A stretch of DNA of 64,000 bases from positions 39,663 to 103,662 of the forward strand of contig PS015039.1 of NCBI GenBank assembly GCA_048213135.1. Reading direction: 5' to 3'. Below the pieces are notes generated by a model. The model made no database searches and had not been told where the DNA came from. It saw only the letters and a program-made list of their open reading frames with translations. Both the position numbers and the translations under genes were made by a program. Origin of the DNA: Reclinomonas americana ATCC 50394. Lineage: Eukaryota. How positions within the stretch are numbered: the stretch's first letter is position 1; each line of letters opens with the position of its first letter. This document shows positions 13,409 to 25,987 of this stretch, one piece after another.

Positions 13409-16400
13409 ATGCTTTCCTCTCGTTTCTTTCGCCGTCGCCCATTTTCCCCCTTACTTCGCCCTCCCATCAGTACTACTCGAGCTTGCCATGTGCGTCGCCA
13501 TCTTCTTCATGACCATCGCCTTGTCCTTCGCGGTGGTGGTTGCGGAGCATCACGCCCCGTCCATCCCGTCGATACACCGCCAGCATCCAACTATCTGGCG
13601 CCAGCTGTCTCTGAACAATCGGCACCGGCAGCGACTCCTGCGGGGGCTTCAGTTGTTCCTCGCGTGTCGCCCCTCCAACGAAAGATTTACGCTCTGCATG
13701 AGGCGACCACCATGAAAGCCATTCTCCCGCTGGCCACCGATCCAAACAACCTCTCCACCCTGGAGTGCCTCGTTTCGTCGACGCTTGTTGATGGGCATTG
13801 TGAGGGGGTCTTTCTACTCACGCACTTTCCTCATTACCAGGTTCCTCTGTGGGCCAACCAGACGACTGCAGAGGCAGATTCGGTTGGCGGTCGTGCCACT
13901 GCGCTGCTGGCGGACGACGTGCTAGACAAGTTTGTCAGGCGGGAGAAGGCGACGGACAAGGTGTGGTGGATGCAGAGTGGCTGGATTGCAACAGTCTTTC
14001 TGTCTCTCGTCCTCCGTGTCGCACCTGCATCTCTGTCTCAGTTTTATCTCTTTCCTGTTCCTGTTCGTGATGTCCCACCTCTCTCTGTCTCTTTTTGTCT
14101 CTCTCTCTCTCTGTCTCTCTTTCTCTCTCTCGCTTTCGGTCTCTCTCTTTCGGTCTCTCTCTTTATGTCCTGATCTCTCTATGTCACTTCTCTCTCTTTG
14201 TGTTCCGTGCTTCTCCTGTCCTGTATCACCCGGGTTCCAGTTTCTCATTGTTTCTTGTTTCGGTCGATATGTCTCTCTCTCTCTCTCTCGTCTCTTATAT
14301 TCCTTATCTTTCCTCTCTCTCTCTTTCACTTTTGTTTTTACACCTTTACATCTCTCCCGTTCATCCTTCTCTCAAGATATCGCCCTGTGGTGCTTTAATC
14401 GTTGCCCTTTTTCCTCGTGCCCTTGCCGCCTTCGTTCACTGTCGTTGATTGTACGCTTGCCAAGTAATGATGCATCTCGCTGCCCTTGTATCACGCCTCG
14501 CATGTTGCAGACATGGTGACTGTACCGATTGTCGCCTGCGCTTTTTCTGGCCTCGCCTCTTCTTCGCCGTTGTCTGCATGCAATACTTGCATTTTTTTCT
14601 TTGACTCATAAATTAGATCGCGCACCCTTTCAGTTCTGATGTGCTTGCCTTGTTGTCAATTGCACGCATGGCGCTTGTACTTCTCAAAGTCACTGCCTCA
14701 CGAATCGTGTTTCCATCAGGTGCTTGTAGTGGCCGGCTGGTCTGGCGGTGGAAAGTCGGTGCTGCTGCGTCAGCTCACCACCCGCCTGCATGGGCGTGAC
14801 GACACGCTGGTGTTGTCGGGTCGTCTTCCCGCCATTCCCCAGCACGAAGTACTGCGCAAGCCAGGAGCGCTCGTGCCTTTTCTCCTCCACGAGGCCAACG
14901 AAGCTGTGGGGGAGCAGACGATCCAGGTGACAGATGACGAGGTGAGTGAGGCGACATCATTTCAGTGCATGTCTGTCTGCGGTGCTATCTTGTCCTCGGC
15001 ATATCTGAATCTGGATCAGTTTCAGCATGCTGCTGCACAATCGGCCTCTTCTAATTACCAAGCCCGTCATTTGTTAGTCCCCTCTCGCATTCTTGTGCTG
15101 GATGTTTGTTCCAGCATCGATTGCTGCACCCCTCTTCGCGATTGGCTTCTTGCACTTACAAGGTCCATCATTTATTGTAGACTTCTATCCATCTCCATTC
15201 TTAAGCTCAGCGTGTGTATCTACATCGAGTTCAGCAACCTGTATTCGCGATTGGCTTTCTGTATGTACAAACTCCATCATTTATTGTAGACCTCTTTCCC
15301 TCTCGTCCTCCGTCGTGTCATCTCTTCTCATCTTTCCCGATTACCGTCGTACCCTGTCTCTCTCTCCACAGAGTTATTTCACTTGCTCTATTTCGTCTTT
15401 CGTTTTCACTTTTGTCCTTGTCTGACTTCTGGTCTCGCGCATCATCCTTCCTTCATTCTCTCTCTCTCTCTTTGTTCTTCTCTCCTGCTCTCTCCATAGC
15501 TTGTTTCTCTTGCATTTGATGCCTTTCTCCTCCTTTTCCCTCGTTGTTTCGCTCTTTCTTCCTTTTTCTCACATGCCCTCGCATCCTCCATTCGTTGCTT
15601 CCCACACACAATTGATTCTCTCTCCGTCTCTCTTTCCATCTCAACATGACAGCCTGCACCCCGTTTCCCTTCTCTCATTATGTCTCACTCGTAGTCGCAT
15701 CATGCAGCTCCGGCGCATCGGCACCGTTGTACTGGTGCTCGACGGGTACGACGAGTGCAACGAGGCACCAGGCAACTTGTATGTCAACCACGAACTGGAT
15801 GTTGCGTTGCCTTACCTCGTTGAATGACGCGCACCAGACAATGAGTGACTCACTTGTTCGTGCAGCGCTGGCCCAACGTACTCCTGGTGGTGTCGGTGCG
15901 GCGCGAGTTCATCAGCCGCCTCGGCAATTTTTGGGCCGAGGAACATTTCGTGCCCTCGAACCCAAAGTTGTCGCGTGCCGAACGGCTTCATCAGCCAGAG
16001 CGCACGCTTGCGCGATGCATGCTGCGTCTGTTCTCCAAGGACGATGTTGATCTCTTTCTGCGAAAGTTGAGTGCGATTCTACACAACGTTAACACCCCTC
16101 TGCCTTGGAGATGACAATTTTTCTGCGCGAATAGGTTTGTAGAGTCCCGTGCTGATCACCATCGCTCTTGGGAGCAATACAAACACCAGATCGAGCGCAC
16201 ACCCGGTTTGGAAGGACTGGCATCATCTGTAAGTCCGTGGTGGCGTGAAAGAAGGCACAGCAGCTGAGGAGTTGTTGTCGGAGAATAGAATGATGAGAAC
16301 AATGAGAGAAGGAAAGTATCATTTTGATCGTGCGTTGATCTAGGAATCGCGTATGTACGAGAAGATAGGCTCGAGAGAAACGGGGGTTCAGTTGCAGAGA

Positions 16401-19400
16401 CATTGGGAGTTAGTTGGCGAAGGGAGCGTTTATCGACCGTCACAGTGGAGTTACTGAGCACGTCGAGGTGGATCGTGATTAGCACAGATGGCACAACATA
16501 GAAGAGCATATCCTGACGCTTGTTGCCATGGTTCTCAGTTTCATCGTCCTCCTTCCCTCTCCCATACAGCCGCTTATGCTGAACATGATTGTCATCGTTA
16601 TGGGTGATCTGGAACGGATGAAGCTCCACCACGGCGGCGGCGTTGGCGATGGCACTGTGTCATCTTTGACTCGAGTGACCCGTGCTCGTTTGTACGAGGC
16701 GTTTGCCAAACACAAGCTGCGCTGGGAGTTTGAGCATCACCAAGTGCACATCCGTCAGGTGTGTTGTAGGTTGTTGTTGGTTAGAGAACTATGTTTGTGC
16801 CAACTCACGTGATTGTGTTGGCAAAGTTGTACGGGGACGATGAGTCGGAAGAGGACTTTTGCCTCCGTGTGTGGGACTTGTGCTCGGAGCTCGCCGGCGA
16901 GATGATGCAGCACTCGCTGATTTCGGTGCGGCAGGGAAGGCTCGAGGTTTGCGGACGCGACTCTTCAAGAGTCCCTCCTGTCTGGCCTCACTCACCAGTT
17001 TTCATGTATCTCTCTCTCTCCATCGCAGCGCACTCACCAGGCGGCCGCGGAGCAGCACTTGTGGAGCAAGTGGTTCGATCGTGATGATCCGTTGCAGAAC
17101 TCTGTTGTGCGCGCTGTTGCGTCGTCTCGATACTCCTGCATTCATTGCCGTGCGTTCCTCGTGTTGTGTGCGTCTCATGTGCGAGCGGCGTGGCAGGCGT
17201 TGCTGAAATGGAGCCGGCTGGGTGCATCGCAACAGCGTGTGGAGTTCATGCACAAATCAGTGTTGGAGTACTTTGCCGCTCAGTCGTGGCTAGCTGATGT
17301 GCGGTTGTTGGCCAATGACGAGGTGAAGTTGGAGGTGAGCAATTATGTGCATCTCTCTGTTTCTGCCAGTTTCATGACTACCCACATGTCTGTGTGCAGG
17401 ATCGGCTGGACAGACTGTGCTGCAGCTTCAGTGGCCAGCGAGCACTCCTCACGTCGGATGAAGTGAGTGCACTTGTATCGTAGCTTGTGAAGTGATTCAC
17501 TCACCCCTTGATTATGATTGAAGGGACTCAACTCCATTCTGTCGTTCATCGCCGATCAAGTACGACCTGATGCGTCTCTCCAAGTTGTGCTGTGGAAGGT
17601 CATGGCACTCTCTCGTACGGAGGAGAGGATCAGTGCTGCATCATCGAGTGCGGCGAGTGCACTGTGCCTCGCGGAGGTGTCGTTCAGTGGCCGCGATCTG
17701 TCGGGTGTGCGAGTACCAGATGCGGATTTGAGGGATGCAGTGATGCACAGGACGGTGTGGCGCGGAGCGGATTTGCGAGGGGTGAATATGTGCCTGGCGT
17801 TTGCACGGGAGGCGAATTTCAGGGGGGCGGATGTAACGGGGGTGATTTGGCCGAGGAGGCCAATAGTGGGGCACACTGATTGGGTGTGTTCTATTGCCAT
17901 CACTCCTGACGGCCGTCACATTGTGAGCGGAAGCAGGGACAAAACAGTACGAGTTTGGTTGCTCGCAACTGGCGAGGAGGTGCGCCGACTGGAAGGTCAC
18001 ACGTTGTATGTCAATGCAGTGGCCTTGACACCCGATGGCCAGCACATTGTGAGCGGCAGTGAGGACTGTACTATCCGAGTGTGGTCACTTGCAAGTGGCG
18101 AGGAGGTGCGCCGACTGGAAGGTCACACTAGTTGGGTGACCACAGTGGCAGTGACACCTGATTGCCGGCACATTGTTAGTGGCAGTTTGGACGGTATTGT
18201 ACGAGTGTGGTCACTTGCAAGTGGCGAGGAGGTTCGCCGAGTGGAAGGTCACACTTGGGGGATAGATGCAGTGGTTGTGACACCCGATGGCCATCACATT
18301 GTGAGTGGCAGTTGGGACTTCACTGTACGAGTCTGGTCAGTGTCAAGCGGCGAGGAGATGCGCTGTCTGGAAGGCCATACGGATCAGGTGCATGCAGTGG
18401 CAGTGACACCCGATGGCCAGCACGTTGTAAGTGGCAGTGATGACAAGACTGTACGAGTGTGGTCACTGGCAAGTGGCGAGGAGTTGCGCCGACTGGAAGG
18501 TCACACGAATGGGGTGTTCGCCGTGACGGCGGCACCTGATTGCCAGCACATTGTGAGTGGCAGTTTGGACAGCACTGTGCGAGTGTGGTCACTGGCAAGT
18601 GGCGAGGAGGTGCGCCGACTAGAAGGCCACACTGATCGGGTAATTGCCATGGCGGTGACACCTGATTGCCGTCACATTGTGAGTGGCAGTGGTGACAGGA
18701 CTGTACGAGTGTGGTCGGCGCTGGCAAGTGGTGGGGAGGTGCGCCGACTGGAAGACCACGCTGATGGGGTGAACGCAGTAGCCGTGACACCCGATAGCCA
18801 GCACATGGTGAGTGGCAGTTCCGATAAGACTCTTCGAGTGTGGTCACTGGCAAGTGGTGAGGAAGTGCGCCGACTGCATGGCCACACACAATGGGTGCAT
18901 GCAGTTGCAGTGGCCCCCTACGGTCAGCACATTGTAAGTGGCAGTGAGGACGAGACTGTACGAGTGTGGTCACTGGCAACCGGTGAGGAAGTGCGCCGAC
19001 TGGAAGGTCACACTGGTAGGGTGCTTGCGGTGGCAGTGACACCCGATGGTCAGCATGTTGTGAGTGGCAGTTGGGACATGACTGTACGAGTGTGGTCACT
19101 GGCGAGTGGCGAGGAGGTGCGCCGACTGGAAGGTCACACTAGTTGGGTGACCACAGTGGCAGTGACACCTGATTGCCGGCACATTGTGAGTGGCAGCTGG
19201 GACAAAACTGTACGTGTGTGGTCACTGATAAGTGGCGAGGAGGTGCGCCGACTAGAAGGCCACACGGATGTGGTGAATACAGTGGCAGTGACTCCTGATG
19301 ACCAGTACATTGTGAGTGGCAGTCGGGACAACACTGGACGAGTGTGGTCACTGGCAAGTGGCGAGGAGGTGCGCCGACTGGAAGTCCACACGGGTGAGGT

Positions 19401-19686
19401 ACGTGCAGTGGTAGCGACGCCCGATAGCCAGTACATTGTGAGTGGCAGTGCGGACAACACTGTACTAGTATGGCCACTGGCGAGTGGCGTAGTGGTTCGT
19501 CGTCTGGAAGGCCACACGAATTGGGTGAATGCAGTGGCGGTGACACCCGATGGCCGGCATGTTATGACTGGGAGCTTTGATCGGACGATTCGTTTGTGGT
19601 CGTCGATGGGCGAGAGTTCGGAGGCCGTGTTGCAGCGAATCTGGGGTTCGTTCCTGCCTGATTTTACTGCTGCGCTGTATGAGTAG
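13409..19686 (+). CDS. NLR-like STAND protein: NACHT NTPase + pentapeptide repeats + 14 WD40 repeats (about 11 exons)
   Basis: Walker [14 protein letters not shown] (14720-), Walker [11 protein letters not shown] (about 15725-15755), sensor [27 protein letters not shown], winged-helix [13 protein letters not shown], then pentapeptide and WD40 repeats in a long final exon. Exons join in frame with GT-AG introns. Confidence 0.9.
17680..17850 (+). repeat. Pentapeptide-repeat coding segment
   Basis: [54 protein letters not shown] shows A(D/N)Lxx periodicity. Confidence 0.85.
17869..19600 (+). repeat. 14 highly conserved WD40 repeats (126-nt / 42-aa unit)
   Basis: [42 protein letters not shown] counted 14 times. 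Confidence 0.95.
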
Positions 19687-19850
19687 GTGGTTCATGTGTA
19701 GAGAGAGTATGTGTCAATCAATGTACAAGGCATTGCGAAGAAGTGAGCGCGAAGATCAACAAGGATAAGCCAGCTGAGGATCAAGGACAACTTGGAGGAA
19801 GCACGTGCTGGCAGGTCGCTGCGAGACATGTCGGGAGAGGATATGGCCGG

Positions 19851-20005
19851 TCGAGCACGGAGGTCAAAATCGTGGCGCCGCCGGAGCGCAAGTACTCGGC
19901 GTGGATCGGCGGTTCGATTCTGTCGTCGATGGATACGGTCCAGACGACGAAGGATGAGTTTTTGAGGAGGAGGGTGCGAGCATTGTGCATCGCAGGTGCT
20001 TGTGA
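19851..20005 (+). pseudogene. Degenerate actin C-terminal fragment
   Basis: [33 protein letters not shown], then after a frameshift [12 protein letters not shown]. This matches the actin end [30 protein letters not shown]...KQEYDESGPSIVHRKCF*. Confidence 0.85.
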
Positions 20006-20079
20006 TTGCCGGCACGGGCGCGGGGGAGAGTATGGTGGAAGGTGTTTTGCGGTCTTGACAGCACTGTGCGAGTGGTGAG

Positions 20080-20380
20080 TGGAGAAGGGTGAGTTGTTTA
20101 GTGAATGCAGCGGAACTGTTTGCAGATTAAGAGTGGGGGTGATGACAAGGTGGTGCGGGTGTGGGGAGGTGGGCAGTGCATGCTTTGCGTTGCGCGCGGC
20201 ACAAGAGAAGATGCTGCGAGAGGGGGGGCGATGGCGAGCTGCGAGGCGTGCCCGAACTGGGACTGCGCAGCGCTGTTTTCATCGTTGAGGAGGCGGAGGT
20301 GGAGAAGCATCGGAGCTCTTCGGACGTAGGGGATTACCGAGGTGAGTATCCCGAGGTGTGTGCCGTGGGGAAAGTGTAGT
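20080..20380 (+). pseudogene. Probable decayed WD40/NLR C-terminal relic
   Basis: QIKSGGDDKVVRVW (about 20124-20165) resembles the WD40 unit upstream. The surrounding frames are broken. Confidence 0.35.
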
Positions 20381-21142
20381 CGCTGACGGATGTTTTCCGA
20401 CGCCAGGGACGTCAAGGGTTTGTGCACGTGGAGGTGGTGAAGGCGTTTGGAATGAGGCCGCTGTCTACCATTGCTCTTCTTTTCTGGTCGTTACGATGTA
20501 CAAAGCCTTACCATGCAAACCCGATGTTTGTTGCTGCGGCCACACGCTTGCGGGTGAATCTCTTTGTGATCCGGATCCCGGTACGCAAGTGTCTCTGCTG
20601 CATCAGTACGCTGCGCTGTGCCTGTCGAAAATGCTGACATCGATCATTTCCGTGGCCTTCTGCTACTGAATTATACTTGAGCCTCAGTGTCTGCCACACT
20701 GCCGAAGCCGGCGCCGGTATATATTGGCGGACAACATCTTGTCGCGACAAGTTGGAGTTCTCGCAGCGACGGAACGAACTCTGTTCCTTCTTTTTTTTTT
20801 GCCTGTCGCAGGAGCACAGGTATGCTGCAACTGCAACTGATGCGTGTGATCCGCGGTGTCGCACACGTGCGCCTGCAGCATGGCTTCACCAGCAGTTCTA
20901 CATCCGTGACCCGCATCGCTCACACTGTTGCTAATGACAGCGCTGCCAGTGGTCACGGTCTGTACATGTGTGCCCGCACATGGCTGCGCACGCAGCACCA
21001 TCGCCGCCCCTTGTCGGATTCCGCCGCGGCCGGGGCCATCACTTCTGAGGCATCGCGGTATCGCGATGTTGATCGACAGTCCGCCGCGCCTGTAGTTGGT
21101 GAGAATTTATATGCGCACTGGGGGTGCTGCCGTTTGCAGAGC

Positions 21143-23154
21143 ATGCAGCAACACGCTGCGTGCATCATTGCGGTGCTTTGTCTGTCGAGTACTTGCATGT
21201 TCGTATGTGTACGTGTTCTTTGTGACCCACTGCACTCTGCTTCGATTTTTATGATAGTCTCTCTCGCTCACTCTCACTTCATGTGCAGAAACTACTGTAC
21301 CAGTGCGACACTGGACTTTGCTGGAGCACGCCGTCTATCTCGGAGCATGCGTGGACGTGCTCGCCTTCAACAAGGTCGAAGAACCGTGCCTTCCGGGGGG
21401 GCTTCTTCGTGGCTCCCCACTCTTCGATTTTTCAATCGGACACAGTGTCGCGGCTGGTGACGCAAACGTTCAGCCAACCTCTCCGCACGCCACAAGTGCC
21501 TCTGCCGTCGAGTTCGATGCGAGCATCAACAATCACCAGCGCCGACTCCTTCTCAGCAGGGGCCTTTCTGCCAATCACATTGATGACTACGTTTCGTTGA
21601 CGGTCGCCTCGAATTCTGTTTATGAGTTTGCCCGCAAGATGAGTTTCTCGTTCGGCATCAGTCACGCCCTCCCGTCGGTGATTGCTCACGTCGAGAGCCG
21701 CTTCAAGGTTGACGGTGACAGGGGGAGCGACACGTCGAAGAAGCAGTCCATCGTGTTCGTATCGTCGATATTCCGTCATCACTTCTTTCACATCGACGTC
21801 GACTTGCAACAAGCTCATCGGACCCTGCTTCCAGTAGTCCGTCAGCGACTTAGCGAGGCGTTGGCGGATGGGAAAGCCTCGCGCTTCGAGAAGATGGGCG
21901 ATTTCATCCAGGATTACGGCTTGTACTTCGTTAAGACTCTCAACTACGGGCAGTGCTGTGTGATGTGGGGAACAGTTCTACGCAAGGCTGACGCCGACAC
22001 CGAGAATCTCAAGGCCCAGTTGGATTTCAGCTTCAAGGCGCTCTTGTTTGGCGATGCCAACGCGCAAGCAGAAGCTTCCGAAGAAACTCATAAGCTTCTC
22101 GACGGTTACAGCACGAGCGAAGACCACATTTTTCGCGGTGGAGATCGTTCAAGCGCTATTGCAGCTACTAACCACCGCTTTACGTTTCCACCTGACAACG
22201 ATCGTGATCGGGAAGCCTTGCAAAACTGGAAGAATTCGATGATGCTGGACAACTCTGACGTCACCGGTGCTACTCTGTCCCCTATTTGGAACTTGACCCC
22301 GCTTTACGAGAGAGAGCTTGCTCGCCGAGTCGTTTACGCTGCCGCTGTCACTCGTCGGAAGCAACCGTCTCCGTCGATTATTACTCTCGTGGCAACCAGT
22401 GTCATTCGCAACCACACTGCAGATTCTGCTGTGCTCAAGTCGTTCAATACACTGCAGGTGCGTTAGTTTCTTACACTCTTTGTGCATGCTCGGGTCCGTG
22501 TCCCCGTAGCTCAGATGCATTCGTCACAAAATGCTTACAATTTCAGTATTCGTTCAGGACTTCGCTGAACAACAGCACCTCTCAGGCATCGACGACATAC
22601 AAGTCGTTCCGCGGGTGGAGCACCTTGCGGTGTCATGCAATCACGTTTTCAACAACAAGTGGCACAATGCCGCAGTGACGTATGCTATCGAGACGACAGA
22701 CATCGACAGCTTGATGCCGCACAAGTCTTGCACCACTCTGTGCGGTACCACGGACACGGAGTGGAACTCGCGCATTCTCCTCAGCGATGGCTACGCTCTG
22801 ATTCCGCGAGTGGTTTATCTCTCATCTGAGAAGCTTTACGGGCGTATCACTGGTGTCGAATTCGAGGTTCTGTGCATGACGAATGGAATGCGTGAAGTGG
22901 TGAGCACATGCTCTCAGCATTGCACGTTACCACTCGTAACCAATGTTTATGACTTACTGCATTTCGCTTGCGACGCGCAGCGAGTGATCGGGCAGACGAG
23001 CGACAATTCCCAGATTGTCGACCTGCATGGCCAGGGACAAGCCATGGTCGGAATGCACGGTGAACTTTCGCCGGACGGCGAGATTTGCGGCATTGGCTTC
23101 TACGTGTCCAATGCACCCTTTGTATACCACCTGCTGCGCAGTCCGCATACGTAA
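21143..23154 (+). CDS. MACPF/perforin-like protein with a putative signal peptide and a C-terminal jacalin-like lectin domain
   Basis: MACPF-type motifs FIQDYGLYFVKTLNYGQ, IFRGGD and NWKNSM...LSPIWNL. The C-terminus GRITGVEFEV...VIGQ...AMVGMHGELSPDGEICGIGFYV fits a jacalin beta-prism. Hydrophobic leader MQQHAACIIAVLCLSSTCMF|SLSLTLTSCA via intron 21203-21257; another intron at about 22458-22509. The 3' end may extend via a GTAAGT donor at 23151. Confidence 0.75.
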
Positions 23155-23616
23155 GTGACGCAGATCGCGTGCGACTGCCGCCTGGCCAAGGATGCAGAGT
23201 TCCATTTGATATCGATCATCATGATTTTTCCTATCTCTTTCTATTTGTCTCTTCACGCACAGGAGAGTTATGCTGCACGCGTATGTGGTCGGCGCTTACG
23301 GACGTGCTTCGTGCTGTGAAATGCGTTCCTGTCTGTTTTTTTTGTCTTGCCTCGCGCGCGCTGCACCGCAGCGCCTCGCTTTCATACGAACGACATATAC
23401 GCTGCGTTGCTTGTTCCGTTGTGGCTGCCATCGACGAGTAATAAATCAACGAGCACACATACACCGCTTGCAATACCTGCCTCAGTCGCTACACGAGCCA
23501 ACTGCACCACCGCAAAAACGGGACCGAATATCCCCTCCCCCATTTTTGGCAAATGGAAAATGCCACCCCTTCGCACTTTGGTGGACCACTCCACTCAACG
23601 ACACTTCTCTCATCGC

Positions 23617-23794
23617 ATGACTGTGCGCGCCCACGCGCGTCTCTCCAACAACAGCAGAAAACATGTGCGACTATGGCCATCAGTCGCCACTCTTCTCCTC
23701 CTCCTCATGACAGCATTGGCAGTGCAAGTGGCGCCAACAGGTTGGTGACACACTGTACATCTCACTCTCTTGCTCTCTCACCATCAGTCTCTTG

Positions 23795-23830
<36 letters not shown>

Positions 23831-25987
23831 GTCTCTGTCTCTGTGTCTCACTCACGCACTCACAATTCCTCTCGCACGTTTTTTCACATTGAGAATCACG
23901 ATGCACAAGACACACTACTCACCCTCACTCTCTTCCCTCTTCTCCTCTCTCCTCCCTCGTGTCTTATTCGACACTGCCGCCTGCTGAACAGGAATGTGCA
24001 CCTTTCTATATCGGGTAATGAGCGCGTCCCCACGAACACCTCTCTCTTTCCCCTCTCTCTCTTCCCCCTCCTTCTTCTTCCCCTCTCTCCTTCTCCTCTC
24101 CTCTCTTTCTCCTCCCACTCATCATCATCATCATCATCACTCGATATCGCCGTCTTGCTTTATTCGTGCAGTTCGCGCGGCCACTCCACCGACTCCAGCA
24201 CCAGCACCAGCACCACCAGACGACGGCCTCTCATCCCTCAGCCTGCCCAGTGCGTCTCCCCTCCCCATTCCCTCCCTCCCTCCCCCTTCTCCCCTCTCAT
24301 CTCCTCATACAAACAAGGTTCCAAGCTGCTCCTGGAATCCACCGAACACAGCCCACTGACAATCGGCCTACTGGCCCTGTTCGCCGTCACCACCATTGGC
24401 CTACTGGTGTACGTTCTGCGACAGGCGCAGCAGAGGGGCGGATGCAGCAGAGCGTCGATCACCTCCTCCACGCCTGTGACCCCCGACGCAGAACCACAGT
24501 TGCAATGGTGGCGGGCGGCAATGTGTCTCGTGCTCGCAGTGGTGGTGGCGACGGCGTTGCTGGCGCCCATGATGCCGGAGCTGCTGGCCACGCAGGTGTG
24601 CCCGGCCGTCAATAGCATGGATCTGAACGATTCGCGCGGCCTGCCCGACAAGGCGCACTCGTCGCCCGACGGCAGCGCCCGCTCCACGCACTGTCACCAG
24701 AGCGACGAGGTGAGCACGGGCATTGTGGAGTGGCCGAAGTTGCCCACGGCCGCCGGCGTCCGAGTGCTCATGTCGGTGGACGCGGGGCGCATCGAGCGGC
24801 AACCGCCAGTGTCGCTCCTCTCCAACGCACAGCTCGGCTCGCTCGATCACCTGGTGACGCTATTTGAGTCGACGTATTGCGGCGACGACGTCTGCCACGT
24901 GTGGTCGCTGCCGCAGCACTACTGGACCACGTCGCGTGCCGAGGTGCTGGACGACGTCTCCCTCGACCGCCGGCCCTGCATCTGTGAGCAGCCGACCGAC
25001 ACGGGTCGCACCGTGCAGCTGCTGTCGTTTGCGCAGGCGACGGTGGTGATTCACGACAATGGCAGCGGCCGCTTCTTGTGGCGCAGCGATCGCGCCTCCG
25101 GACCGCAGCAGCTGACGGCGTTCCACGCCGAGCTCGTCACGCCCGTGGACTACGTACCGTGGCGGCTGCCGTCGCGCCGCCATCACCGGCGCCTCGTGAA
25201 TCTCTGCTTGAACTGGAGCCGTCCGTGGCAGCACTTTCTCATGCTGCAACTCGGACACGTGCACCTGGCCGCCGAGCACTTTCACGACGCGTCGTGGCTG
25301 GTCGGCTCGCGCGAGTCCCGCGCCCTGCTCTTGTGGGCGTTGGGGGCGGCCGGCGTGCGCTTCGATGCACGCAACGTGCACCTGTGTCACACCGAGGAGA
25401 CGCGCGGCAGCACGCTGGTGCACACGGCCGACGAGATGCTGCTGATGGGCGAGTTCCCGCTGTGGCCGCCCGACTATCCCAGTCGCACGGTGCTGGAGAG
25501 CACGCGCGCCCTCTTTCACGATGCGTCAGTGCCGCACCGCACCACGTGCACGGTGCTGTACCTGGCACGGCGCGCCGGCACCAAGGGCATGCGCAGCGCC
25601 ACGCGCTACCTCGACGCTGAGTTGGAGCAGTTGCTGTTGCGGAGGCTGCGCGAGGCGCTGCCGGCGCACTGCACCGTGACGGTGTTTGAGGGCGCCACGG
25701 GCGGATCGCTGTCGTCGACGCAGCAGGCCGACGTTGCCACGCTGTTTGCCAGCGCCTCGGCCATTGTCGGACCGCACGGCGGCGCCTTTGCCAACATGCT
25801 GTACTGCCGGCCTGATACGCTGGTGGTCGAGTTTGCCGATCCGAAACAGTGGACCGGCTACTGGCACGTGGCGCAGGCGCTCGGCTTGCCGCATCGGTAT
25901 GTGCTGGTGAGGCCGGATGGGAGGGGGGTGTTTCGGTATTTGCCGGTGGAGGAGATTGTCGGGGAGATTGCCAAGAGTGTTAGATAA
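23617..25987 (+). CDS. Glycosyltransferase family 61 (DUF563-type) membrane protein
   Basis: C-terminal QQADVATLFASASAIVGPHGGAFANMLYCRPDTLVVEF...YWHVAQALGL is the GT61 signature, preceded by hydrophobic segments. The first exon (23617-23740) is tentative. Confidence 0.8.
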
